Source: a virus (lineage: Duplodnaviria; Caudoviricetes). From it: a stretch of 64,000 nt of DNA. The notes under the pieces were generated by a model. The model was not told where the DNA came from. It made no database searches and saw only the letters and a program-made list of their open reading frames with translations. Below, piece by piece: positions 37,853-47,059 of the stretch (positions within the stretch are counted from its first letter, which is position 1; the number at the start of each line of letters is the position of its first letter). The DNA lies in IMG/VR virus record IMGVR_UViG_3300047557_002530. One strand, 5' to 3'. A program made the position numbers and the translations under genes.

Positions 37853-38004
37853 AAACATTTAAACAGTTTCAAGAAGATTGGAGTAATAAATATAAAAAGA
37901 GTATTGACTGCTCAGATCCAAAAGGATTTTCTCAACGGGCACATTGTGCGGGGAGAAGAAAAAGAGCAAAAGGTGAGAAGACTAAATCAAAACCAGTTGA
38001 GTGA
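37849..38004 (+). CDS. small basic protein with capsid-targeting-like N-terminus (51 aa)
   Basis: MKTFKQFQEDWSNKYKKSIDCSDPKGFSQRAHCAGRRKRAKGEKTKSKPVE, hand-translated; overlaps both neighbours. Confidence 0.75.
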   Translation: MKTFKQFQEDWSNKYKKSIDCSDPKGFSQRAHCAGRRKRAKGEKTKSKPVE

Positions 38005-39935
38005 TGCCCAAATTCAAGAGACATAAAACAGTTGAGCAAATTGCAAAGAAACATCGTCTTGATGTTTCTTTTATACAAAAGCAGCTTGATATGGGCGAAC
38101 CTATCGAACATGAACACACAAAAGATCATGAACTTGCTCGTAATATTGCTCTTCAACACTTAGATGAGATTCCAGATTATTACACTCGTTTGAAAAAGAT
38201 GGAGGCAGATGCTAAAAAGCATCATAAAAAATTTAAAGACGTGAAAGAAGAAACAGCATCTGGTGATGAAGATCTTGGGGATTGGTATAGAAAATCGAGT
38301 GGAACTGACCCCAAAACAGGAAGAAAAGTTCCAGGTTGGAGACAAATTGGTGGACCCTTTGCTGGTGCTCCATGCGCTCGTCAACCAGGTCAGAAATCCA
38401 CACCAAAATGCGGAAGTTCTAAGATGGCAGCAAACCTATCCGATGAGGAAGAGGAAGCAGCATTTAGAAGAAAAAATAGAAAAGACCCCAATCAGCCAGA
38501 AAAAACGGGTGCAGCAAAACCAACTAACGTCAGAACTGAAGAAATGGATTTACAAGAAAAGAAAAAGGAAGGCAAAAAAGACGCTTGTTACCATAAGGTA
38601 AAATCTAGATATTCTGTTTGGCCAAGTGCATATGCATCTGGAGCACTTGTAAAATGTCGTAGGGTTGGTGCAGACAACTGGGGAACTAAATCGGAGGAAA
38701 CCATGCACGAAGAAGAAAGATACTGTCCTTTATGTGACAAGAGAGAAACAAGATCTGAGTGTTCTTATGGCGAAAAAGCATGGGACAAAGTTTCTGTAAA
38801 AGATGAAGAATATTCAATGGCAAGATCAGAACTCAAAACTATTGAAGATGCAGTAAAAAGGATTAAATCAAAAGTTGCTAGAGGCGAGGGTGACTTAGAA
38901 GCATGGGTTCAATCAAAAATTACTAAAGCAGCAGATTATATTGATACTGCAGCTGATTACATTGCAAGTGGAGAGCATGATGTGGAAGAAGCATGGAAAA
39001 TGCCAGAAAAAATAGATCCCACAGTCATTAGAAGTTCTAAACGTTCTGCCAATATTAGAAAACTTTCACAACTAGGTGCTACAGAGGGAGAGCAATCTGC
39101 AGCACAAAACAAAAGAAGAGAACCACTAATGCCTTTAGTAAGAAAAGGTGACACTACAATTAGAAATATTAATGCCGAATATGAATCTTCTTTAGTCGAT
39201 AAAATTACAAGGGAAATATTAGACGAAAAATGTTGGCCTAATTATAAAAGAAAAAAAGGAACAAAAGAGTTTTCAAAAGGATCTTGCGTAAAAGCAGAAA
39301 ATGTGACTATTGAAGATGTTGATGGAAATACTTTTACCGAAGTGGTCGATATCATCAAACCAGAACCAATTAGAGGATTTAAGTCTCAAGTAAGTGAGGC
39401 AACAAGACTTCAAGCACAAACTGGAAATGTTATTGCAGTAACTCTTTCTTGGAGAGGAAAATATTATTCTATGAAGATGTTTTTCCCTCAGGTTAAAACA
39501 CCATCAAGAAAGGAAATAAATGATGAACTTCAAAAAGTTTATCCAGGATCTGTTGCAATTTATCATTCAGTTTCCGAAATTCAACCAGGACAACCACTAG
39601 TTCAAATGTGTGGTCCTCAAGGAGGAAGTTCAGCAAAACCCGGACCAAGTAAAAATTATGTAAAAACTATGGGCGAAGAAGTTGAGTTGGAAGAAGAAGG
39701 ACCATCCCTGTCTGTGGGTAGAGGAGAAAAACTTCCTGTAAGTAGAGGTGGGGGTCTTACTAAAAAAGGAAGGGACAAATATAATCGTGCTACGGGATCA
39801 AATTTGCAAGCACCAGTAACTGGAGATGTAGAACCAGGAAGTGCAGCAGCAAAGCGTCGTAGAGGATTTTGCTCTCGTAGTAGAAGTTGGAAAGGAGAAA
39901 GAGGATTAGCAGCGAGGAGACGTTGGAAGTGCTAA
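38004..39935 (+). CDS. multi-module basic protein, putative internal head protein
   Basis: ATG 38004 (track start GTG 38001). A series of short basic or Cys-containing modules is separated by acidic linkers; the first resembles DUF5661 (IEHEH...ALQHLDEIPDYYTRL). Confidence 0.8.
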   Translation: MPKFKRHKTVEQIAKKHRLDVSFIQKQLDMGEPIEHEHTKDHELARNIALQHLDEIPDYYTRLKKMEADAKKHHKKFKDVKEETASGDEDLGDWYRKSSGTDPKTGRKVPGWRQIGGPFAGAPCARQPGQKSTPKCGSSKMAANLSDEEEEAAFRRKNRKDPNQPEKTGAAKPTNVRTEEMDLQEKKKEGKKDACYHKVKSRYSVWPSAYASGALVKCRRVGADNWGTKSEETMHEEERYCPLCDKRETRSECSYGEKAWDKVSVKDEEYSMARSELKTIEDAVKRIKSKVARGEGDLEAWVQSKITKAADYIDTAADYIASGEHDVEEAWKMPEKIDPTVIRSSKRSANIRKLSQLGATEGEQSAAQNKRREPLMPLVRKGDTTIRNINAEYESSLVDKITREILDEKCWPNYKRKKGTKEFSKGSCVKAENVTIEDVDGNTFTEVVDIIKPEPIRGFKSQVSEATRLQAQTGNVIAVTLSWRGKYYSMKMFFPQVKTPSRKEINDELQKVYPGSVAIYHSVSEIQPGQPLVQMCGPQGGSSAKPGPSKNYVKTMGEEVELEEEGPSLSVGRGEKLPVSRGGGLTKKGRDKYNRATGSNLQAPVTGDVEPGSAAAKRRRGFCSRSRSWKGERGLAARRRWKC

Positions 39936-39972
39936 TTTATACTTATATTTAAAAAATAGAGGTTGATTTATT

Positions 39973-41622
39973 ATGTCAAATGATGTATATCTCGGTAATC
40001 CGTTATTAAAAAAAGCAAATACTCCTATTGAATTTACCCAAGAGCAAATTATAGAATTTGTTAAGTGTAAAGATGATCCTGTTTACTTTGCAAATAATTA
40101 TGTAAAAATCGTAACCCTGGATCACGGTCTACAAACTTTCAAACCATATCATTTCCAAGAGAAGTTAATCAATAACTTCCATAATAATAGATTTAATATC
40201 TGCAAGATGCCACGACAGACTGGCAAATCAACCACTGTTGTTTCGTTCTTGCTTCACTATGCAGTTTTTAACGATAACGTAAATATTGGTATTCTCGCAA
40301 ACAAAGCAGCAACTGCTAGAGAACTATTAGACAGACTGCAAACTGCTTATGAAAATCTACCAAAGTGGATGCAACAAGGTATTATATCTTGGAACAAAGG
40401 TTCTCTAGAACTTGAGAATGGTTCTAAAATCTTAGCAGCATCAACATCTGCTTCTGCTGTTCGAGGAATGTCTTTCAACATTCTATTCTTGGACGAATTT
40501 GCGTTCGTTCCAAATCATATTGCAGATTCATTCTTTGCATCGGTTTATCCTACCATCACTTCAGGTAAGCAAACCAAAGTTATCATAGTTTCCACGCCTC
40601 ACGGTATGAATCATTTTTACCGAATGTGGCACGATGCAGAAAAGGGTAAAAATGAATATGTATTTACGGATGTTCACTGGAGCGAAGTTCCAGGTAGAGA
40701 TGAGGAATGGAAAAAGCAAACAATTGCAAACACTTCCGAACAACAATTTAAAGTTGAGTTTGAATGCGAATTTCTAGGATCTGTTGATACGCTTATTGCA
40801 CCATCTAAACTCAGAACCCTCGTCTATGATGCCCCCAAGACCCGTAGCGCGGGTTTAGATGTTTATATGAATCCCATAGAGAATAATGACTATCTAATCA
40901 CTGTAGACGTTGCTAGAGGGGTAGGAAATGATTATTCAGCATTTGTAGTCATAGATATTACCCAGTTCCCTCACAAAGTAGTTGCAAAATATAGAAATAA
41001 TGAAATAAAACCAATGATGTTTCCAAGCATAATACACGAAGCTGCAACAGCATATAATAGTGCTTACATATTATGCGAGGTTAATGATGTTGGGGATCAG
41101 GTTGCAAGTATTCTACAATATGATCTTGAATATAATAATCTTTTGATGTGCTCTATGCGAGGTAGAGCGGGTCAAATTGTTGGGCAAGGATTTTCTGGTA
41201 AGAAAACTCAACTTGGGGTAAAGATGTCTAAAACCGTGAAAAAGGTTGGATGTCTTAACCTCAAGACAATGATTGAGGAAAATAAACTTTTTCTAAACGA
41301 TTATGAGATCATTGCAGAATTAACAACTTTTATTCAAAAGCACAATTCCTTTGAGGCAGAAGAAGGATGTAATGACGATTTGGCTATGTGCTTAGTGATT
41401 TATGCTTGGTTAGTAGCACAAGATTATTTTAAAGAACTTACAGATCAAGATGTAAGAAAAAGATTATATGAAGAACAAAAAAATCAGATAGAACAAGATA
41501 TGTCTCCCTTTGGATTTATTTCGGATGGAATAGATGCTAATGCAAGTTTTGTTGATACTGAAGGTGATAGGTGGTATGTCGATGAATATGGAGATAGATC
41601 ATATATGTGGGAATATATGTGA
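39973..41622 (+). CDS. gp17: terminase large subunit gp17
   Basis: PRQTGKST Walker A, LDEFAF Walker B, STPHG, DVARG and DDLAM nuclease motifs. Confidence 0.98.
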   Translation: MSNDVYLGNPLLKKANTPIEFTQEQIIEFVKCKDDPVYFANNYVKIVTLDHGLQTFKPYHFQEKLINNFHNNRFNICKMPRQTGKSTTVVSFLLHYAVFNDNVNIGILANKAATARELLDRLQTAYENLPKWMQQGIISWNKGSLELENGSKILAASTSASAVRGMSFNILFLDEFAFVPNHIADSFFASVYPTITSGKQTKVIIVSTPHGMNHFYRMWHDAEKGKNEYVFTDVHWSEVPGRDEEWKKQTIANTSEQQFKVEFECEFLGSVDTLIAPSKLRTLVYDAPKTRSAGLDVYMNPIENNDYLITVDVARGVGNDYSAFVVIDITQFPHKVVAKYRNNEIKPMMFPSIIHEAATAYNSAYILCEVNDVGDQVASILQYDLEYNNLLMCSMRGRAGQIVGQGFSGKKTQLGVKMSKTVKKVGCLNLKTMIEENKLFLNDYEIIAELTTFIQKHNSFEAEEGCNDDLAMCLVIYAWLVAQDYFKELTDQDVRKRLYEEQKNQIEQDMSPFGFISDGIDANASFVDTEGDRWYVDEYGDRSYMWEYM

Positions 41623-41853
41623 ATGGATATAGACAAACAATTAAAACTGGGACATCTTTTACTGACTGACAGAAAATGCAGAGTATGTAAAGAAATAAAA
41701 AATTTAGTAGAAGATTTTTATAGAACAAGAAAAGATAGAGGTCCTGTTGCATCTTCATACTCATACGAATGTAAAGAATGTACTATAAAAAGAATTATTG
41801 ACTCAAATAAAGATTCAAAAAAGTCGTATTTTTGGGAATATCCAGATTGGTAG
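41623..41853 (+). CDS. small Zn-ribbon protein
   Basis: CRVC...FY...CKEC. Confidence 0.7.
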   Translation: MDIDKQLKLGHLLLTDRKCRVCKEIKNLVEDFYRTRKDRGPVASSYSYECKECTIKRIIDSNKDSKKSYFWEYPDW

Positions 41854-41934
41854 ATATTCACGTCACATTTCCCCCGTGAAAAGTAACTTTTTAATAAATA
41901 TTTTTTAGATAAACTGAGATTTACGGAGAAAAAC

Positions 41935-44121
41935 ATGGCGACTCCTCAATTATCTCCCGGTGTACTTACTAGGGAAGTAGATTTAACAGTTGGGAGAGCT
42001 GAGAACGTATTAGATAATATTGGTGCTATCGCAGGACCTTTTGCGATTGGACCAGTAGAAGAAATTATTGACATCAGCACAGAACAAGATTTAGTCAATA
42101 ACTTCGGAAAACCAATCTCAACAGATGCTCAGTATGAGTACTGGATGAGTGCAGCATCATATCTTTCATATGGTGGTATTCTTAAAGTTGTAAGAACTGA
42201 TGGAAGCACTCTTAATAACGCAAACGCTGGCGTTGGAATTGCTTCAACAACTTCATTAAAGATCAAAAACTACGATAACTACAACTCTAGTTTTATTGAG
42301 GCTACCAACTTTACATATGCTGCAAAAACCCCAGGTAAATGGGCGAATAATCTAAAGGTTTGCACCATCGATGATTTAGCAGACCAAAGAGTTGCTATCA
42401 CCACTACTAATCCTGGCGCACTAGGTGCTGTTATTGGATATGGCGTAACTACAGCGATTACTAACGTTGTTTTACCTGGTGCAGGCACAACCTCACTCTT
42501 CAATGGTTATTTGAAGGGTATCATTACTGGTATTACCACTGATGCTACTAATTCAAATAGCACTATTGATATTAAAGTACTTTCAAGAGTCTCTGCCGCA
42601 GGAACTGAAACCCCAGTTACTTATGCACAGGGCAACTCAATTCAATCCTTTGAAGCAGCAGATACTCTTTATTTTGTAAACAACTCAGGTATTAATACTG
42701 GTTCTACTGCATCAGCGGTAACAGTAGTTGATTGGTACGATCAACAAACTCTTGGTCTTACAAACTCAATCATTTATTGGAAGTCTATTGCTCCCAAACC
42801 AGCATCAAACAACTATTCCGTCCAAAGAAACGGAAAGAATGATTCAATGCATATTGTTGTTGTTGATGACACTGGTTCTATTACCGGAATTCAAGGAAAT
42901 ATTCTTGAAAAGCACATCAGTGTTTCAAAAGCATCTGATTCTGTTTCCTCTGTAAATTCTCCACAGAAGATCTGGTATAAGAACTATCTTGCCAACTTCT
43001 CGCAATACATTTACGCAGGTTACAATCCATCACTTGCAAGAGACTCTCAGTGGGGATCCAATCCAGTTGCAACTGGATTCTCAAGTGGATTTACTCCATT
43101 TACCCTACCTCAAGGTCAGTGGGGACAAGCAGCACAAGGAGTAACTTTCAGTGCTATTGGAAACGTTGCCTATAACTTTGGTGGAGGAGTTGATTATTCT
43201 GCAAATGGCGGAATGTCCGCATCTCTTGGAGATCTTGTAAGTGCTTATGATCTATTCTCAAATAAAGATAGAGTTGCAGTTGATTTCTTAATTAATGGAC
43301 CAGGACTTGCAAATGAGTCTGATTCACAGGCAAAGGCAAACAAACTAATCTCACTTGCAGAAGGAAGAAAAGATTGCGTTGCTGTTGTTTCTCCTCATAG
43401 AGCAAATGTTGTTGACCTAACAAATGCAACAACTCAAACTAATAATGTAATCAGATTCTTCAGTGCTCTGTCCTCTTCATCTTATGCAGTTTTTGATAGT
43501 GGATATAAGTATACTTACGATAGATTCAACAATCTATTCAGATACATTCCTTGCAATGCTGATATTGCTGGATTGATGATGAGAACAAACATTAATTCTT
43601 ATCCTTGGTATTCACCTGCAGGTCAGCAAAGAGGTGTTCTGAATAATGCAATTAAACTTGCATATAATCCCTCCAAGGATCAAAGAGATCTACTTTATAC
43701 TGCAAGAGTTAATGCCATCACCAGTCAACCTGGAATTGGTATTTACCTCTTTGGCGATAAGACTGCTCTAGGATATGCATCTGCATTTGACAGAATCAAT
43801 GTTCGTCGTCTGTTCCTAACTATCGAACAAGCACTTGAGAAAGCATCTCAAGCACAACTCTTCGAACTCAACGATCAGATTACAAGAGCAAACTTTGTAA
43901 ATATCGTTGAACCTTATCTAAGAGATGTTCAAGCAAAGAGAGGTCTATATGACTTCCTGGTAATTTGTGATGAGACTAATAACACTCCTGATGTAATTGA
44001 TAATAATGAGTTTAGAGCTGACATCTTCCTGAAGCCAACAAAATCTATTAACTATGTAACTCTGACGTTCGTTGCTACCCGAACAGGCATTAGTTTTGAA
44101 GAAGTAGCAGGTAGAGTTTAA
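41935..44121 (+). CDS. gp18: tail sheath protein gp18
   Basis: LSPGVLTREVDLT, WYSPAGQQRG, FDRINVRRLF, DIFLKPTKSINYV; AATAAATA at 41893. Confidence 0.98.
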   Translation: MATPQLSPGVLTREVDLTVGRAENVLDNIGAIAGPFAIGPVEEIIDISTEQDLVNNFGKPISTDAQYEYWMSAASYLSYGGILKVVRTDGSTLNNANAGVGIASTTSLKIKNYDNYNSSFIEATNFTYAAKTPGKWANNLKVCTIDDLADQRVAITTTNPGALGAVIGYGVTTAITNVVLPGAGTTSLFNGYLKGIITGITTDATNSNSTIDIKVLSRVSAAGTETPVTYAQGNSIQSFEAADTLYFVNNSGINTGSTASAVTVVDWYDQQTLGLTNSIIYWKSIAPKPASNNYSVQRNGKNDSMHIVVVDDTGSITGIQGNILEKHISVSKASDSVSSVNSPQKIWYKNYLANFSQYIYAGYNPSLARDSQWGSNPVATGFSSGFTPFTLPQGQWGQAAQGVTFSAIGNVAYNFGGGVDYSANGGMSASLGDLVSAYDLFSNKDRVAVDFLINGPGLANESDSQAKANKLISLAEGRKDCVAVVSPHRANVVDLTNATTQTNNVIRFFSALSSSSYAVFDSGYKYTYDRFNNLFRYIPCNADIAGLMMRTNINSYPWYSPAGQQRGVLNNAIKLAYNPSKDQRDLLYTARVNAITSQPGIGIYLFGDKTALGYASAFDRINVRRLFLTIEQALEKASQAQLFELNDQITRANFVNIVEPYLRDVQAKRGLYDFLVICDETNNTPDVIDNNEFRADIFLKPTKSINYVTLTFVATRTGISFEEVAGRV

Positions 44122-44156
44122 TTAATTTTATAATAACCACATAGGAGGAACTAAAA

Positions 44157-44825
44157 ATGTCTAGTCTCAGAACAATCACAGGATTCAAAGAAAGACTTGC
44201 TGGTGGTGGTGCAAGACCCAATCTATTTGAGGTTGAAATCCCCTCTTTCCCAGCACCTATCACCAATCTATGGAAGGCAGGTGCCGGTCAAGAAATTGAC
44301 ACCTTCAAGTTCTTATGTAAAGCAGCTGCACTTCCAGCATCAAACGTTGCACCAATCGACGTTCCATTTAGAGGACGTATTTTAAAAGTTGCTGGAGACA
44401 GAACTTTTGATACCTGGACTATTACTATCATCAACGATGAAGATTTCAAACTGAGATCTGCATTTGAACTCTGGATGAACAGTATCAGCAAACTGGATAA
44501 TAACAGTGGTGCAACTAATCCAGGTTCTTATATGACTGATGCTTATGTTCATCAACTTGGAAGAGGATATAATGCTCCATCCCTTAATAATGGCAGATTC
44601 TCTACCAAAAACAATGGTGGAAATGACGCAACAGTAGAAACTAACATCACTCCACTAAGAACTTATAAGTTCCATAGCATTTTCCCAACAAATGTTAGTG
44701 CGATTGATCTTTCATATGATTCTTCGGATACTATTGAAGAGTACAGCGTAGAATTCCAAGTTCAATACTGGACTGCAGGAAAAGGTGCGAATAAAAATGA
44801 CGCAACCAACACTTTGATTAGTTGA
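44157..44825 (+). CDS. gp19: tail tube protein gp19
   Basis: GGARPNLFEV, VPFRGRILKVAGDRTFDTWT.T..ND, IEEYSVEFQVQYW. Confidence 0.97.
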   Translation: MSSLRTITGFKERLAGGGARPNLFEVEIPSFPAPITNLWKAGAGQEIDTFKFLCKAAALPASNVAPIDVPFRGRILKVAGDRTFDTWTITIINDEDFKLRSAFELWMNSISKLDNNSGATNPGSYMTDAYVHQLGRGYNAPSLNNGRFSTKNNGGNDATVETNITPLRTYKFHSIFPTNVSAIDLSYDSSDTIEEYSVEFQVQYWTAGKGANKNDATNTLIS

Positions 44826-44860
44826 TAAATATTAGAATAAAGACTAATCAAATATAAATT

Positions 44861-46549
44861 ATGACAAGATTATTTGGATTCTCTATTGAGGATAACGAAC
44901 CACTATCTCCAACTACGGTCAGTCCTGTTCCTCCTAATAATGAGGACTCTTCTGACCATTATTTGAGTAGTGGTTTTTTTGGTTCCTATGTTGATATTGA
45001 AGGAGTCTACAGAACAGAATTTGATCTTATTAAAAGATATCGTGAAATGGCACTGCACCCAGAGTGTGATAGTGCCATTGAAGATATTGTAAACGAAGCA
45101 ATCGTATCAGACACAAATGATACGCCAGTAGAAATCGAACTTTCAAACCTTAATGCCAGTGACGGCATTAAGAAAAAAATTAGACAAGAATTTAAATATA
45201 TTCTTTCACTTTTAGATTTCGATAAAAAGTCTCACGAAATTTATAGAAACTGGTATATCGACGGAAGAATTTATTATCACAAAGTAATTGACCTCAAGAG
45301 CCCTCATGAGGGAATTCAAGAGTTGCGTTACATAGATCCAATGAAGATGAGATATGTGAGGCAGCAAAAGAAAAGTAGCAAAGACAAATATAGAGTAGCA
45401 AATATAAATGTAGATAATCCCATGGATTTTGAATTTCCTCAAATTGAGGAATATTTTATTTACAATCCAAAGTCAACTTATCCTGCAGGTAGTCCCTCAT
45501 CTATGGGTGGATCTGCAGGTATCAAAATGGCAAGAGACTCTATTACTTATTGCACTTCTGGACTTGTAGATAGAAATAAAGGGTCAACTCTTTCATATCT
45601 ACATAAAGCAATTAAGTCACTCAACCAGCTAAGAATGATTGAGGACTCTCTTGTTATCTATAGATTATCTCGTGCTCCTGAGCGTCGTATTTTCTACATT
45701 GATGTAGGTAATCTCCCAAAGGTAAAGGCAGAACAATATCTTCGCGATGTTATGATGCGCTATCGTAACAAACTTGTATATGATGCAAACACTGGCGAAA
45801 TTCGTGATGATAAAAAGTTTATGGCGATGCTTGAAGATTTCTGGTTGCCAAGAAGGGAAGGTGGTAGAGGAACTGAAATCTCAACACTTCCAGGCGGACA
45901 GAATCTTGGAGAAATCACAGACATTGAGTACTTCAAGAAAAAACTTTATCGTTCATTGAATGTTCCCCCATCAAGAATGGACGGAGAAGGTGGATTTAAT
46001 CTTGGTCGTTCTTCAGAAATCTTGAGAGATGAAGTTAAGTTCAGTAAATTCGTATCTCGTCTGAGAAAGAGATTCTCTTATATGTTCCATGATATGCTTA
46101 AGACTCAACTGATTCTTAAAAATATCATCACCCCAGAAGACTGGGATATTATGCAAGAGCATATCCAATATGATTTCTTATATGATAATCACTTTGCTGA
46201 ACTTAAGGATGCAGAACTTCTCAACGAAAGATTGAATATGGTTCAAGTTGCAGAACCTTATATTGGAAAATATTTCTCCCAGGACTATGTAAGACGTAAG
46301 ATTCTTCGCCAAACTGACGAAGAGATTGTCGAGCAAGATAAGATTATCAAAAAAGAAATTGAAGATGGTATTATTCCAGACCCTAATGTTCCCGTAGATC
46401 CTATGACAGGAATGCCTATGGAACCAGGAATGCAACCTGGAGCATCAGGAATGGATCTTGGACAACCAGTAATGGAACCAGAAATTAATGCTGCTCCAAC
46501 GGAACCAAACACAAAAGCAGTAGAAATGCCCAAGGGTGGGGAAATATAA
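44861..46549 (+). CDS. gp20: portal vertex protein gp20
   Basis: YRLSRAPERRIFYIDVGNLPK, EDFWLPRREGGRGTEISTLPGG. Confidence 0.98.
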   Translation: MTRLFGFSIEDNEPLSPTTVSPVPPNNEDSSDHYLSSGFFGSYVDIEGVYRTEFDLIKRYREMALHPECDSAIEDIVNEAIVSDTNDTPVEIELSNLNASDGIKKKIRQEFKYILSLLDFDKKSHEIYRNWYIDGRIYYHKVIDLKSPHEGIQELRYIDPMKMRYVRQQKKSSKDKYRVANINVDNPMDFEFPQIEEYFIYNPKSTYPAGSPSSMGGSAGIKMARDSITYCTSGLVDRNKGSTLSYLHKAIKSLNQLRMIEDSLVIYRLSRAPERRIFYIDVGNLPKVKAEQYLRDVMMRYRNKLVYDANTGEIRDDKKFMAMLEDFWLPRREGGRGTEISTLPGGQNLGEITDIEYFKKKLYRSLNVPPSRMDGEGGFNLGRSSEILRDEVKFSKFVSRLRKRFSYMFHDMLKTQLILKNIITPEDWDIMQEHIQYDFLYDNHFAELKDAELLNERLNMVQVAEPYIGKYFSQDYVRRKILRQTDEEIVEQDKIIKKEIEDGIIPDPNVPVDPMTGMPMEPGMQPGASGMDLGQPVMEPEINAAPTEPNTKAVEMPKGGEI

Positions 46550-46577
46550 ATAAAAAAGATTATTGACAGGTATTAAA

Positions 46578-46739
46578 ATGGATGATCTTTTAGATATGAT
46601 TGCTGCTGACGAATCACCTTCGCAGATTAGTGATAAGATTAAAGAACTTCTTTTTGCAAAATCCGCAGAAAAAATTGATGAGTTTCGGCCAGCAGTAGCA
46701 AATGCAATGTTTAATAACGAAACAGAAGAGGAAGAATGA
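46578..46739 (+). CDS. small acidic prohead core-type protein (gp67 position)
   Basis: MDDLLDMIAADESPSQISDKIKELLFAKSAEKIDEFRPAVANAMFNNETEEEE; TATAAATA at 46545. Confidence 0.7.
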   Translation: MDDLLDMIAADESPSQISDKIKELLFAKSAEKIDEFRPAVANAMFNNETEEEE

Positions 46740-47056
46740 AGTCATTCAAACAATTCATCTCAGAATCAGTAAATATTTCCGGAGATTTTAACGGAAATCT
46801 TTACATCAATTCTTCTGAACCAGAACCACAACAGGTTGGTGAAGAATATGTTGCGGATGTTTTGTGGAATGGGAGTCTTTATAGAATGGAACTCGTATCA
46901 AATACTGGAGTTCCATCAAAACAATCTTTAGGTGAAGAATTGCAAGCAGAATATCCAGGAGCAATTGTTCACCAGATTTATCCAGTAATGGAAAAGAATA
47001 TTAACATTAAAAATACGCAAAGATATCACCCATCAAAATTAGAATGGATTGATTGA
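46736..47056 (+). CDS. putative internal head protein with capsid-targeting-like N-terminus
   Basis: Starts MKSFKQFISE, compared with T4 IP MKTYQEFIAE. Confidence 0.7.
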   Translation: MKSFKQFISESVNISGDFNGNLYINSSEPEPQQVGEEYVADVLWNGSLYRMELVSNTGVPSKQSLGEELQAEYPGAIVHQIYPVMEKNINIKNTQRYHPSKLEWID

Positions 47057-47059
47057 TTT

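Noticed and set aside
41623-41853. Zn-ribbon ORF as an active endonuclease VII-type homing nuclease
   Set aside because: It has only a CxxC...CxxC segment in 76 aa, with no catalytic domain.
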